DNA from: an uncultured virus (IMG/VR IMGVR_UViG_3300014043_000005)
Taxonomy: Duplodnaviria; Heunggongvirae; Uroviricota; Caudoviricetes
Virus record (IMG/VR): IMGVR_UViG_3300014043_000005
Reading direction: 5' to 3' (one strand)
Length of the DNA stretch: 20,000 bases
In this document: positions 9,322 through 17,633 of the stretch, in pieces
How positions within the stretch are numbered: the first letter of the stretch is position 1
Layout of the letters: each line of letters opens with the position of its first letter
Translations under genes and position numbers: made by a program
Notes under the pieces: model-generated
The model's database searches: none
Seen by the model: only the letters and a program-made list of their open reading frames with translations
What the model was told of the DNA's origin: nothing

Positions 9322-9693
9322 ATGTCGAATGATGAGATTTTCAAGATGCATGGAATACTGGTACCATTTATTTTCATTGCGTTTCATCTTGTCGGTTCAC
9401 TGACTGCGGTTCATCCATTATGGCTTGCGATAATAATCGGATTCATTGACATCATTGGAGGCAGTGTGTTAATGTCATTCATCATCACCGTTACATGGTT
9501 GAATGGACATTTGGATAAATTCAGGAATGGTATTATAATCAGTGTCATCATCATGCTTGCAGGTGCATTCACTTTCATGCCGCCGAGCTGGATGGGAGTT
9601 TTGACAACCGTGCTGCTGGCAGGTGAATACGCGCTCATATGGGCGTGTGCGACGAATAATCCAGTGGATGAACAGCCAACTGAGGAATGGTGA
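9322..9693 (+). CDS. Small 4-TM membrane protein
   Basis: Four hydrophobic segments; AGGTGG RBS. Confidence 0.75.
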   Translation: MSNDEIFKMHGILVPFIFIAFHLVGSLTAVHPLWLAIIIGFIDIIGGSVLMSFIITVTWLNGHLDKFRNGIIISVIIMLAGAFTFMPPSWMGVLTTVLLAGEYALIWACATNNPVDEQPTEEW

Positions 9694-9852
9694 ACTAGTG
9701 ATGCCGTTAAAAGTGAACATATTGTGATCATTTGATGGCGGTGCCATTCATGATTGGCATTTCATATGAGTGTTTTGCTGTAATCATAATGTTGACATGA
9801 GCGCATAATCAATGAACATACCATTGGCTGTTGCATGTGATATAATGCTTAT

Positions 9853-10332
9853 ATGATAACCGGTATTGATTACAATGATTCCAATGCAATCATTCATGAT
9901 GATACGCATGGCGATGTAACCGTGCGATTGGATAACATTGGGAACATGCGCATGGATGGTTTCAATATTAACGGGAAACCATTGGATTGGATGCATCGCG
10001 CGATCATTTGTCGTGAAATCATCGATTACGCGAACAAACATGACATGGATGTTGCCCTCATTGATTCAAGTGGAATCATACGATACGCAAGCATTGAAAA
10101 CATGCTGACACATGTGAAACGCAGGCTGATGATTGACAAACAGGATAGAATGCATGAGCAACTACGAATGGGAGCCGGTTATAGCATGGATGGAGCGAGC
10201 ATAATCAATCAACTCATTGACAAGCTGCGTTCACATGATGACATCAGCATGGAACTCATGGCGCTGGGTTATGATGAGGTTCCATCATTCATTATCAAAT
10301 GTATTAATAGTATTCATGGAAAAACCAATTGA
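9853..10332 (+). CDS. Hypothetical protein (159 aa), leaderless
   Basis: TGATATAAT (9838-9846) lies 6 nt before the ATG. Confidence 0.7.
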   Translation: MITGIDYNDSNAIIHDDTHGDVTVRLDNIGNMRMDGFNINGKPLDWMHRAIICREIIDYANKHDMDVALIDSSGIIRYASIENMLTHVKRRLMIDKQDRMHEQLRMGAGYSMDGASIINQLIDKLRSHDDISMELMALGYDEVPSFIIKCINSIHGKTN

Positions 10333-10341
10333 ATTTTTCCT

Positions 10342-10349
10342 GATAGATT
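10342..10349 (+). promoter_or_regulatory. Shared upstream motif GATAGATT (also 12239, 13390, 14985); candidate element-specific (late) promoter
   Basis: Identical 8-mer 34-51 nt upstream of four leader-bearing genes. Confidence 0.6.
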
Positions 10350-10383
10350 CAATTGGATGCATTGTGAACATGGAAGGAATAAC

Positions 10384-11481
10384 ATGGCTGGGAAACGGAC
10401 GCCTGCTGGAACATGGTATGAGGGCAAGGACGGGAAACCTCATCCCTGCATGACAGAGAACGGCAAACCATGTTCCAAGCATGCTAAGAACCAGCATATT
10501 GGTAATTCCTATGAGGAAGCCGAACAAGCCATTGAAGCGAAATATGACGCGGATATGAATTCAATGGGGACAGGGCTCACATCCGAGCAAACAGCAATGC
10601 TAACCAGCATTCTGAATGATGCTAAGCATGATTCCAATGACCGCATTGAAAGCATTCTCGGTGAACCGGTTGAACATATTGGTTCTATTCCAGTGTATGA
10701 GGATAAGCATGCTTCGCCGGATGGCGTTGCAGCGTTATATTACCCGCATGTCAAGGATGGTACTGTCCATGTGGATTCATTGCGTTCAATCGCGGACGAT
10801 GCAAGTATGAATGATGATGAATCACATGGTGTGAGGCAGTATACTGGTTATGGCGCGTATGATATGAATCGTGTTCTGCGAGGTGATGAAATGACGGATC
10901 ATTCACCGGATGAACAAGGTGGAGTCGTGCATGATTTGAACTCATTGACTGATCTGCTGGATAGGACTGAATCACCGGATGACATGATAGTGTATCGACA
11001 GGAACGCTTCATGGTTGGTGATTCCCCTGAATATAAAGCAATAGTGAATGCATGCAATGAGAACAATGATGACATGTATGATAAACATGATTTCACCAGC
11101 ACGACAATTAATGGCGGGAACCGTCGTGGAATGGAGGAATCGACTGGTTGTGTGGATTATGTGATAATGATTCCAAAAGGCACGCACGGAATGCTGGTGG
11201 ATTCACAATCATATCATGCTGATGAACAGGAATTCCTTGTCCAACAAGGACAATCATATAAGGTTAAGGCGATTGTGAACAGGGGTTCTGGTTATAGGTT
11301 GAATCAGCGGAAACCTATTGTCATAATGGAAGCAGTGCCAGCAGAGTCACATCCAGTAAGAATCAATGAGGATGATTATGGTTTTGATGGTTCCATGATG
11401 ATGACGGAGGATGATGTTGACGCCATGATGAGTGAAGACATAATAAGTGATAGTTTTTTCGAAGATCTATTGGATTATTAA
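10384..11481 (+). CDS. ADP-ribosyltransferase ART1 (VIP2-like) with N-terminal CCH leader and acidic tail
   Basis: YDMNRVLR, DMIVYR, FTSTT, IPKGTHG, EQEFL (R-S-ExE); start ATG 10384 after GGAAGG. Confidence 0.85.
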   Translation: MAGKRTPAGTWYEGKDGKPHPCMTENGKPCSKHAKNQHIGNSYEEAEQAIEAKYDADMNSMGTGLTSEQTAMLTSILNDAKHDSNDRIESILGEPVEHIGSIPVYEDKHASPDGVAALYYPHVKDGTVHVDSLRSIADDASMNDDESHGVRQYTGYGAYDMNRVLRGDEMTDHSPDEQGGVVHDLNSLTDLLDRTESPDDMIVYRQERFMVGDSPEYKAIVNACNENNDDMYDKHDFTSTTINGGNRRGMEESTGCVDYVIMIPKGTHGMLVDSQSYHADEQEFLVQQGQSYKVKAIVNRGSGYRLNQRKPIVIMEAVPAESHPVRINEDDYGFDGSMMMTEDDVDAMMSEDIISDSFFEDLLDY

Positions 11482-11639
11482 CTGATAATAATTTTTATAA
11501 TATAATGCTCGCATGATGAATATCGGCTTCTTTGCTTGCCTTGACATCCGGCATTTTCAATCGGAATTCATCAGCTGTGTAATCATAATATTTTTTCATG
11601 ATTACAATAATATAATACGATGATTATGCTGCTAACATT

Positions 11640-12096
11640 TTTAATTGGATGACGGAACCATATTCGATTCCATCATCCAATTATGTTACTATACAATCAC
11701 ATATTTCATCATTCCGTGATATGCATTTCAAATGCCGCGCAACGCGAATCATCCATTTCAATCAATGTTCTCATCATGCCATCATCGAGTCCATAACGTC
11801 CACCGCATGGAATGAAATATTGCATGCCGGGCAAACCAATCATGTCAGTTTTACCATGATAAATGAAGTTCCTTATTTCATAACCATCATTGATGAGCAT
11901 GCCCCTTACGGTGATTACATATCATAATCATCCAATGTGAATATTTTATCATATTTTCTTATTGAACGCATCACGATTCACGGAACTATGATAATCATCA
12001 CCATGTGCAATGATTACTGGCTCCTTATACCCGCTCTGCATCGTCAGCCATTTCACTGTATCCAATGTCATTATAAACATTCTCAATGGTATTCAT
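11640..12096 (-). pseudogene. Frameshifted remnant gene
   Basis: TATACT -10 followed by ATG (MNTIENVYNDIG...); coding-like fragments in shifting frames, including the 63-aa ORF 11709-11900. Confidence 0.4.
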
Positions 12097-12296
12097 GATT
12101 ACAGTATACTACATGATATGAATCCATACAAGAAAACAGTCATAATGATGATAATATTGAATGCATGAATAAGAATGATATGCGTGAACCGAACCTGACG
12201 AGTTTCATCAGTGATTTCGGAAATTCTGATGTTTTCACGATAGATTCCATGTGAACATGAATGCAAATATTACCATAATCACGGAGGTGAATCATC

Positions 12297-13328
12297 ATGC
12301 GAAAGCCAGCTGGAACATGGTATGAAGGCAAGGACGGGAAACCTCATCCCTGCATAACCGAGAATGGCAAACCATGTTCCAAGCATGCTGGCAGTGAACA
12401 CATAGGAACCACTTATGAGGAAGCCGAACAGTATATCCAAAGGAAATATTCCGATACCGTTTTCATTGGAATGTCATCATTGAATCCAATGTTTTCAGAT
12501 AGAACGAATAATAATGATGAATCATTCAAAATGACTGACATGATGATTCGGCGCGAAAAACTGAACAATGATGGGAACATGCCGATACGCATGAAAATAC
12601 CAGTTGATTATCCAACCGAACGCATCTCACAGATAATGTTTCCATCCACGCCGGATGCACGGAGCATGGAAAATGAACTCATGGATTCAGCGAATGCATC
12701 ATGGAAATCAATGACGGAACATGAGAAGGATTCCATTCGCGCTTATTGTTCCGATGCGTATGAGGCGATGAATGAGTATCAGCGTGGGGATGATGACATT
12801 CGTGCGGACATTGACAATGACGAATTCGTGAAAGCGGATTTGAAAAACTATGGTTTCAGGACTGTTAAAGGCGCGATAAGCACAATGAGCCGCGCTTTAA
12901 GGAAAACAAGCACAGGCAGGGACATGATAGTGTATCGTTCCAGGTTCACGGAAGCATCCAGTGGCGGACGTGACATGGAAGAGAGAACATTCTATGATGC
13001 TGGCATGAATGCATTGGAAACAGGCGAACCGGCAATCATCCGGAAAGCCGGGTTCTCATCAACGACAACGGATTTGAAATCATTGTTCTCAGGATTGGGG
13101 GGAGCACCATCGGACACGCCTCATAATGTGAAATACGTGATTAAAGTGCCTGCCGAGACTCATGGAATGTATGTCGGTGGGCTGTCACCGAATCATGAGG
13201 AGAAGGAATTCCTCATGAATAAAGGCATGAAATACCGGATCGCGGGAATTTTCGAACGCGGAACATATGATGATTATGAGAATGACTGGGATGCCGCGCC
13301 GATAATCGCATTGGAAATCATGAAATGA
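12297..13328 (+). CDS. ADP-ribosyltransferase ART2 with CCH leader
   Basis: YEAMNEYQR, DMIVYR, FSSTT, VPAETHG, EKEFL, PIIALE; GGAGG RBS. Confidence 0.85.
   Translation: MRKPAGTWYEGKDGKPHPCITENGKPCSKHAGSEHIGTTYEEAEQYIQRKYSDTVFIGMSSLNPMFSDRTNNNDESFKMTDMMIRREKLNNDGNMPIRMKIPVDYPTERISQIMFPSTPDARSMENELMDSANASWKSMTEHEKDSIRAYCSDAYEAMNEYQRGDDDIRADIDNDEFVKADLKNYGFRTVKGAISTMSRALRKTSTGRDMIVYRSRFTEASSGGRDMEERTFYDAGMNALETGEPAIIRKAGFSSTTTDLKSLFSGLGGAPSDTPHNVKYVIKVPAETHGMYVGGLSPNHEEKEFLMNKGMKYRIAGIFERGTYDDYENDWDAAPIIALEIMK
12305..12389 (+). repeat. Leader-encoding direct repeat (80/85 identical to 10401-10485)
   Basis: Direct comparison; differences are mostly synonymous. Confidence 0.9.
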
Positions 13329-13448
13329 GCACATGAGAACATGATGCGTTCACATGCTATTATTATTCAATATAAGTATTGAAAACACGGATAGATTGAC
13401 ATCAGGAACATAATTTGTTAACATGAATGCATGGAAGGAAAACATATC

Positions 13449-14912
13449 ATGGCGACTAAAACATATGGTTATGACAGGAACGGGAATGTAAGTGAATGCA
13501 CCGCGCAGGAACGGAATCGCGGTAAGGGACGCTGTAATCATTACGGTCATTTCAATACTGATAACAAACAGGAACTCATTGAGAAGACAGAAGCGATTCA
13601 AGCCGAACTGAACAATGATGTGAACGCCGGAATGATTGCGCACAATGTATCCAAAACCGGTTCGGCGGAGCGGGAATTCGAACGAGTGCATGCAGTTGAA
13701 ATCAGGAATGCGGAACAGGAATATGAGAAAGCGAAAACCGCTTATGATGCCGTCCGCATGAAACCTGATGCGATTGAAACCGAATACAGGACGCTGGTGG
13801 ATGCGAATAATAGGAAATACGCGGAATTGGATGCACGCATTGACAACATGAGTTATCCATCCGGTGATAAGGAACTGGATGAACGGTTTGAACGAGCATT
13901 CAATGATTCGCTCACTGATAAATCCGATTTTGATGTTGATGATCTTAAATCAGGAGGAAGAATCATCCTGCATAAAGGCGATATCAATGAATTCATTCCT
14001 GAAATCAGTGAAATCCCGGCAGATGAACGTGTGTATGCTGATGATGAGGGATTGGATTATTATGATGCATCGGATGATGAACCGGAAGGATGGTATAGGA
14101 ACGGTGAATATTACGCTGATTATGATGATCCGTCAATCATTGATGTGAATGCAATTCAGGATGCTGTTGTCAATGAGGATTCATTGGATATAACCGATCA
14201 TGCGATTTCATCCACTAAATACACTATGCATCAGGAACTTAAACAGGAACATGCGGAAGCGGATAAGGAAGCGTTGAATACCGCAAAATCACATCATCCT
14301 ATGACCGAGAATGAGGAAAAACAGGCGCTTGACGCCAGAGTTAGATTCATGAACGCATCCATGAGGTTGAAAAAGCTGAATGATGCGAAAAACATCGCGG
14401 GAATCGCAGGTTTTGATGTCATCAGGAAAATCAATGAATCCAATGATGGTGTGAAAACATATGAGAACAGACTGAAAACGGAATTATCATATGGCGGTCA
14501 TGTTGATTATGACTATGACTATGACTATGACGCTGGCGGAACCAGCCGGAAAATGCCGGGCGATTATTACACGTCCAGTATCACGAATGCGGATCCTGAT
14601 AATTGGTATACAGTGGATTCAGTTGAATACAATGATAGTGGGCTGAAAAAGAAAGCGTTGATTGACAGGGAAACCGATCCATATGTCCTGTCGAAAGCGG
14701 AGAAACAAAATGGTTTTCAGGAAGGATGGATGCGTGTCATTGATGATGATAAACATTCACCTGAAAGCCGTTACAGGATGATGATAACGCAAGCATATGA
14801 CAGCAATGGTTTCAATGATTACCAATTGAAGCAAATCCGTAAGTCAAAACTATATAAAACAGGAGGAATGCCTGATTTTGATAGGATAATCAGTATTATC
14901 CGCAGGAAATAG
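13449..14912 (+). CDS. CCH-leader protein without ART domain (coiled-coil and acidic, ~487 aa)
   Basis: N-terminus YGYDRNGNVSEC..........CNHYGH; heptad-like helices; Asp/Tyr-rich core; GGAAGG RBS. Confidence 0.8.
   Translation: MATKTYGYDRNGNVSECTAQERNRGKGRCNHYGHFNTDNKQELIEKTEAIQAELNNDVNAGMIAHNVSKTGSAEREFERVHAVEIRNAEQEYEKAKTAYDAVRMKPDAIETEYRTLVDANNRKYAELDARIDNMSYPSGDKELDERFERAFNDSLTDKSDFDVDDLKSGGRIILHKGDINEFIPEISEIPADERVYADDEGLDYYDASDDEPEGWYRNGEYYADYDDPSIIDVNAIQDAVVNEDSLDITDHAISSTKYTMHQELKQEHAEADKEALNTAKSHHPMTENEEKQALDARVRFMNASMRLKKLNDAKNIAGIAGFDVIRKINESNDGVKTYENRLKTELSYGGHVDYDYDYDYDAGGTSRKMPGDYYTSSITNADPDNWYTVDSVEYNDSGLKKKALIDRETDPYVLSKAEKQNGFQEGWMRVIDDDKHSPESRYRMMITQAYDSNGFNDYQLKQIRKSKLYKTGGMPDFDRIISIIRRK
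14505..14531 (+). repeat. Hexanucleotide tandem repeat (GAYTAT)4.5 encoding DYDYDYDYD
   Basis: gattat gactat gactat gactat gac. Confidence 0.8.
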
Positions 14913-14929
14913 AATAATTCAATTAATTT

Positions 14930-14981
14930 AATGCGTGCATTGTAAATATGAATTGCATAATGCACGCATTTGTATTATTTT
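14930..14981 (+). terminator. Probable terminator hairpin
   Basis: 12-bp stem AATGCGTGCATT / AATGCACGCATT with a T-rich tail. Confidence 0.6.
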
Positions 14982-15031
14982 CCCGATAGATTACCATAAG
15001 AGAAGAATGACATTATAGAAGGAATAGCATC

Positions 15032-16516
15032 ATGGTAGGCATGGTTGATAATGCTCCGAAACAATTGAAAAATAAGAAACCGGATGAATCATGGCCGCAT
15101 CATCAGGATAAGCATGGTAACTGGGTTCCCTGCGCTTCCAATCCATGTAAAATGCATGGCGGAACGGAAATCATGGCTAAGAATCCGGAGGAGGCATTTG
15201 AGAAAGCGAATTCAGTATCATGGGGTTCATTCGGAATGAGCATGAATCAGAAGAACGATAACATTGATGAAACTGATAAAAATTCAGAAACTGATAATTC
15301 AAATGCTAATAATCACAAAGTGAAAGAGCATGCGTTGGATGGTGTTTTGAAAGCTGGAATGACATCATTGAATGCAAATGATAACAATGATGACATGAAT
15401 GACAAGCAGAAAGCGGCATGGGATAAACTGCAATCCGCAATGGATGATAATTCGCATGATGAGCATAAACCGGTGAAGAAACATGTGAAATTGACTAAAA
15501 AGAAAACTGTAAAACCAGTTGAAACCAGCGATGACAATATGAGCAAAACCGGGACAATCACCGGATCACATGAATCGAAACAGACTGAATCATCAACTGG
15601 AACCACTTCCAGTTCAAATGCGTCCAATGCTGGCATTATAACATCAAACAGGCATCTTATGAAACAACGCGCCGTGATTGAACAACGGTTGAAAGATGCT
15701 GGCATTGATATCATTGAGCGTCCTGCGCCATCACAGGAAGTAATTGATGAAATGCGTAATAATGGCGAGTATATTCGTGATAATCCGCTTGTTTTCAATG
15801 TGGACAGTAAAGTGAACACGCAGGAACTTGCGCACGCCATTTTCAAGGGAGCGGATTTCGGTGATGAACATTATAAGGAACTTATTCAGCGTTCTAATGA
15901 GGCGTGGGATTCAATGACATCAGATGAACAGGACGCAATTTATCAGTATACCGGTTCCGCATATAGTTCGATGAATAAGGCATTATATAAGAAAAACTAT
16001 AAAGCGGAGAAATCATTAAAAAAGATCGCTGACATGAGTTCGGGACTGGCGAAAACAGAGAATGTATGCCAACATGATACTGTGTTGTATCGTCGCCGTT
16101 TCCTGAAAGAACAGGACGGCGAGTATACACGGAGCAGGGAGGAGACCGCCGCATTTCAAGCCCTTGCGCGTGTTACCGGTAAGAAAACAGCGAAACCTAC
16201 TTTCACTCGTGCCAATTATATGAGTACAGCTAATCGTGGTTTCAATAATAGCTATCATGATCAAGTTAGATACATTATAAGCATTCCGAAAGGCACGCAT
16301 GGTATTTCAGTGGAGGAACATAGCATTCATAGCAGTGAGGATGAGTTCATCATTGACAAAGGCTATGATTATGAGGTTGTCGGCGTGTTCCAAACAAGCG
16401 AAATACGTAAACACAGTAACGGCATTACCAATTGGGAAACAGGATGCAGCCCGATAATCGCCTTGCGTGTAATTCCGAAAAAGAATAAATCCGTCAAACC
16501 GGGAATGACAGCATGA
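15032..16516 (+). CDS. ADP-ribosyltransferase ART3 with CCH leader and low-complexity linker
   Basis: YSSMNKAL, DTVLYR, YMSTA, IPKGTHG, EDEFI, PIIALR. Confidence 0.85.
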   Translation: MVGMVDNAPKQLKNKKPDESWPHHQDKHGNWVPCASNPCKMHGGTEIMAKNPEEAFEKANSVSWGSFGMSMNQKNDNIDETDKNSETDNSNANNHKVKEHALDGVLKAGMTSLNANDNNDDMNDKQKAAWDKLQSAMDDNSHDEHKPVKKHVKLTKKKTVKPVETSDDNMSKTGTITGSHESKQTESSTGTTSSSNASNAGIITSNRHLMKQRAVIEQRLKDAGIDIIERPAPSQEVIDEMRNNGEYIRDNPLVFNVDSKVNTQELAHAIFKGADFGDEHYKELIQRSNEAWDSMTSDEQDAIYQYTGSAYSSMNKALYKKNYKAEKSLKKIADMSSGLAKTENVCQHDTVLYRRRFLKEQDGEYTRSREETAAFQALARVTGKKTAKPTFTRANYMSTANRGFNNSYHDQVRYIISIPKGTHGISVEEHSIHSSEDEFIIDKGYDYEVVGVFQTSEIRKHSNGITNWETGCSPIIALRVIPKKNKSVKPGMTA

Positions 16517-17569
16517 ACGCATTGAAAACAACCAGCGAATGGCCGCATCATCAGGATAAGCATGGCAACTGTGTTCCCTGCGCTTCCAATCCATGTAAAA
16601 TGCATGGCGGAACGGAAATCATGGCTAAGAATCCGGAGGAAGCGTTTGAGAAGGCAAACAGCGCATTCACTGAATTTATTAAAAAGCTGAATAATGCTGG
16701 CATTAAACTGGCGGATCGCACGCAGAATGACGAGGACATTATTAAGGAACTGCGTGATAACAATGAATACATTGATGATAATCCACGGTGTTTCCATGTG
16801 AATGGTGATGATGTGAGCGCTTATGATATCGCGCATGCATTATTCCCCGATGCTGATTATGGTGATAATGATGACATCATGGAAGCATTGAATGAACGTT
16901 CGGAAGCGATATGGCATGCGATGTCATACGATGAAATGATTGCATTGAATGATTATTGCGATCGTGGTTATCAGCAAGGTTAACGGCACTCTCATTAAAG
17001 GACGGAATGTGCTTGAAGATGATGATGGACAGATATTGACATCGGAACAGGTTCATGATGAGATTAATAACATTTCATCCGCATTATCAAGAACCGGGGA
17101 TGTGATAACTCATGAAACCATTGTGTACAGAAGACAGGGAAATGCATGGAAATATGGCATAGGCGATGAAACAATGGCAATCATGAATTCCCTCATATCC
17201 AATGATGGCGTTCCGGTTGTCCGCCGTCCGAATTATGTCAGCACATCAATGCAGGCATCATTGGATACGGCTGATTTCAACTCATCCGCTCATCATGAAA
17301 CACAATATGTGATTAGCGTTCCAGCTGGCGTCCGTGCTTTATCAGTCGCGAATCATAGTGAATTCAGTGAGAATGAACTTATCATTGATAAAGGCTATAA
17401 ATTCGAGGTTATAGGCGTTTTTCAAACATCTCAATTGGGACATCAGGATGCAGTCATTGGAATCAATGAGGATGGTAAGAAACAGCATGATGGAATATTG
17501 AATTGGAAGCGTGATGGCAATCCAATAATCGCGTTGCGCGTCATCCCTTATTTCAATGTGGATAAATGA
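16513..17569 (+). pseudogene. ADP-ribosyltransferase ART4, split by a +1 frameshift near 16978
   Basis: Removing one G in CAA-G-GTT joins ORFs 16513-16983 and 16949-17569 as GYQQVNGTL (cf. GYKQVNADL in ART5); ETIVYR, YVSTS, ENELI present. Confidence 0.8.
16539..16652 (+). repeat. Leader-encoding direct repeat (110/114 identical to 15091-15204)
   Basis: Direct comparison. Confidence 0.9.
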
Positions 17570-17633
17570 ACGCATATAATATGGAAACATGATGCATTAT
17601 CAACAATAATAACATGATGTTGGAAGGATTTGA

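Noticed and set aside
14756..14768. TTCACCTGAAAGC, a 13-nt match to the iteron
   Set aside because: Single partial copy inside a coding region; may be chance
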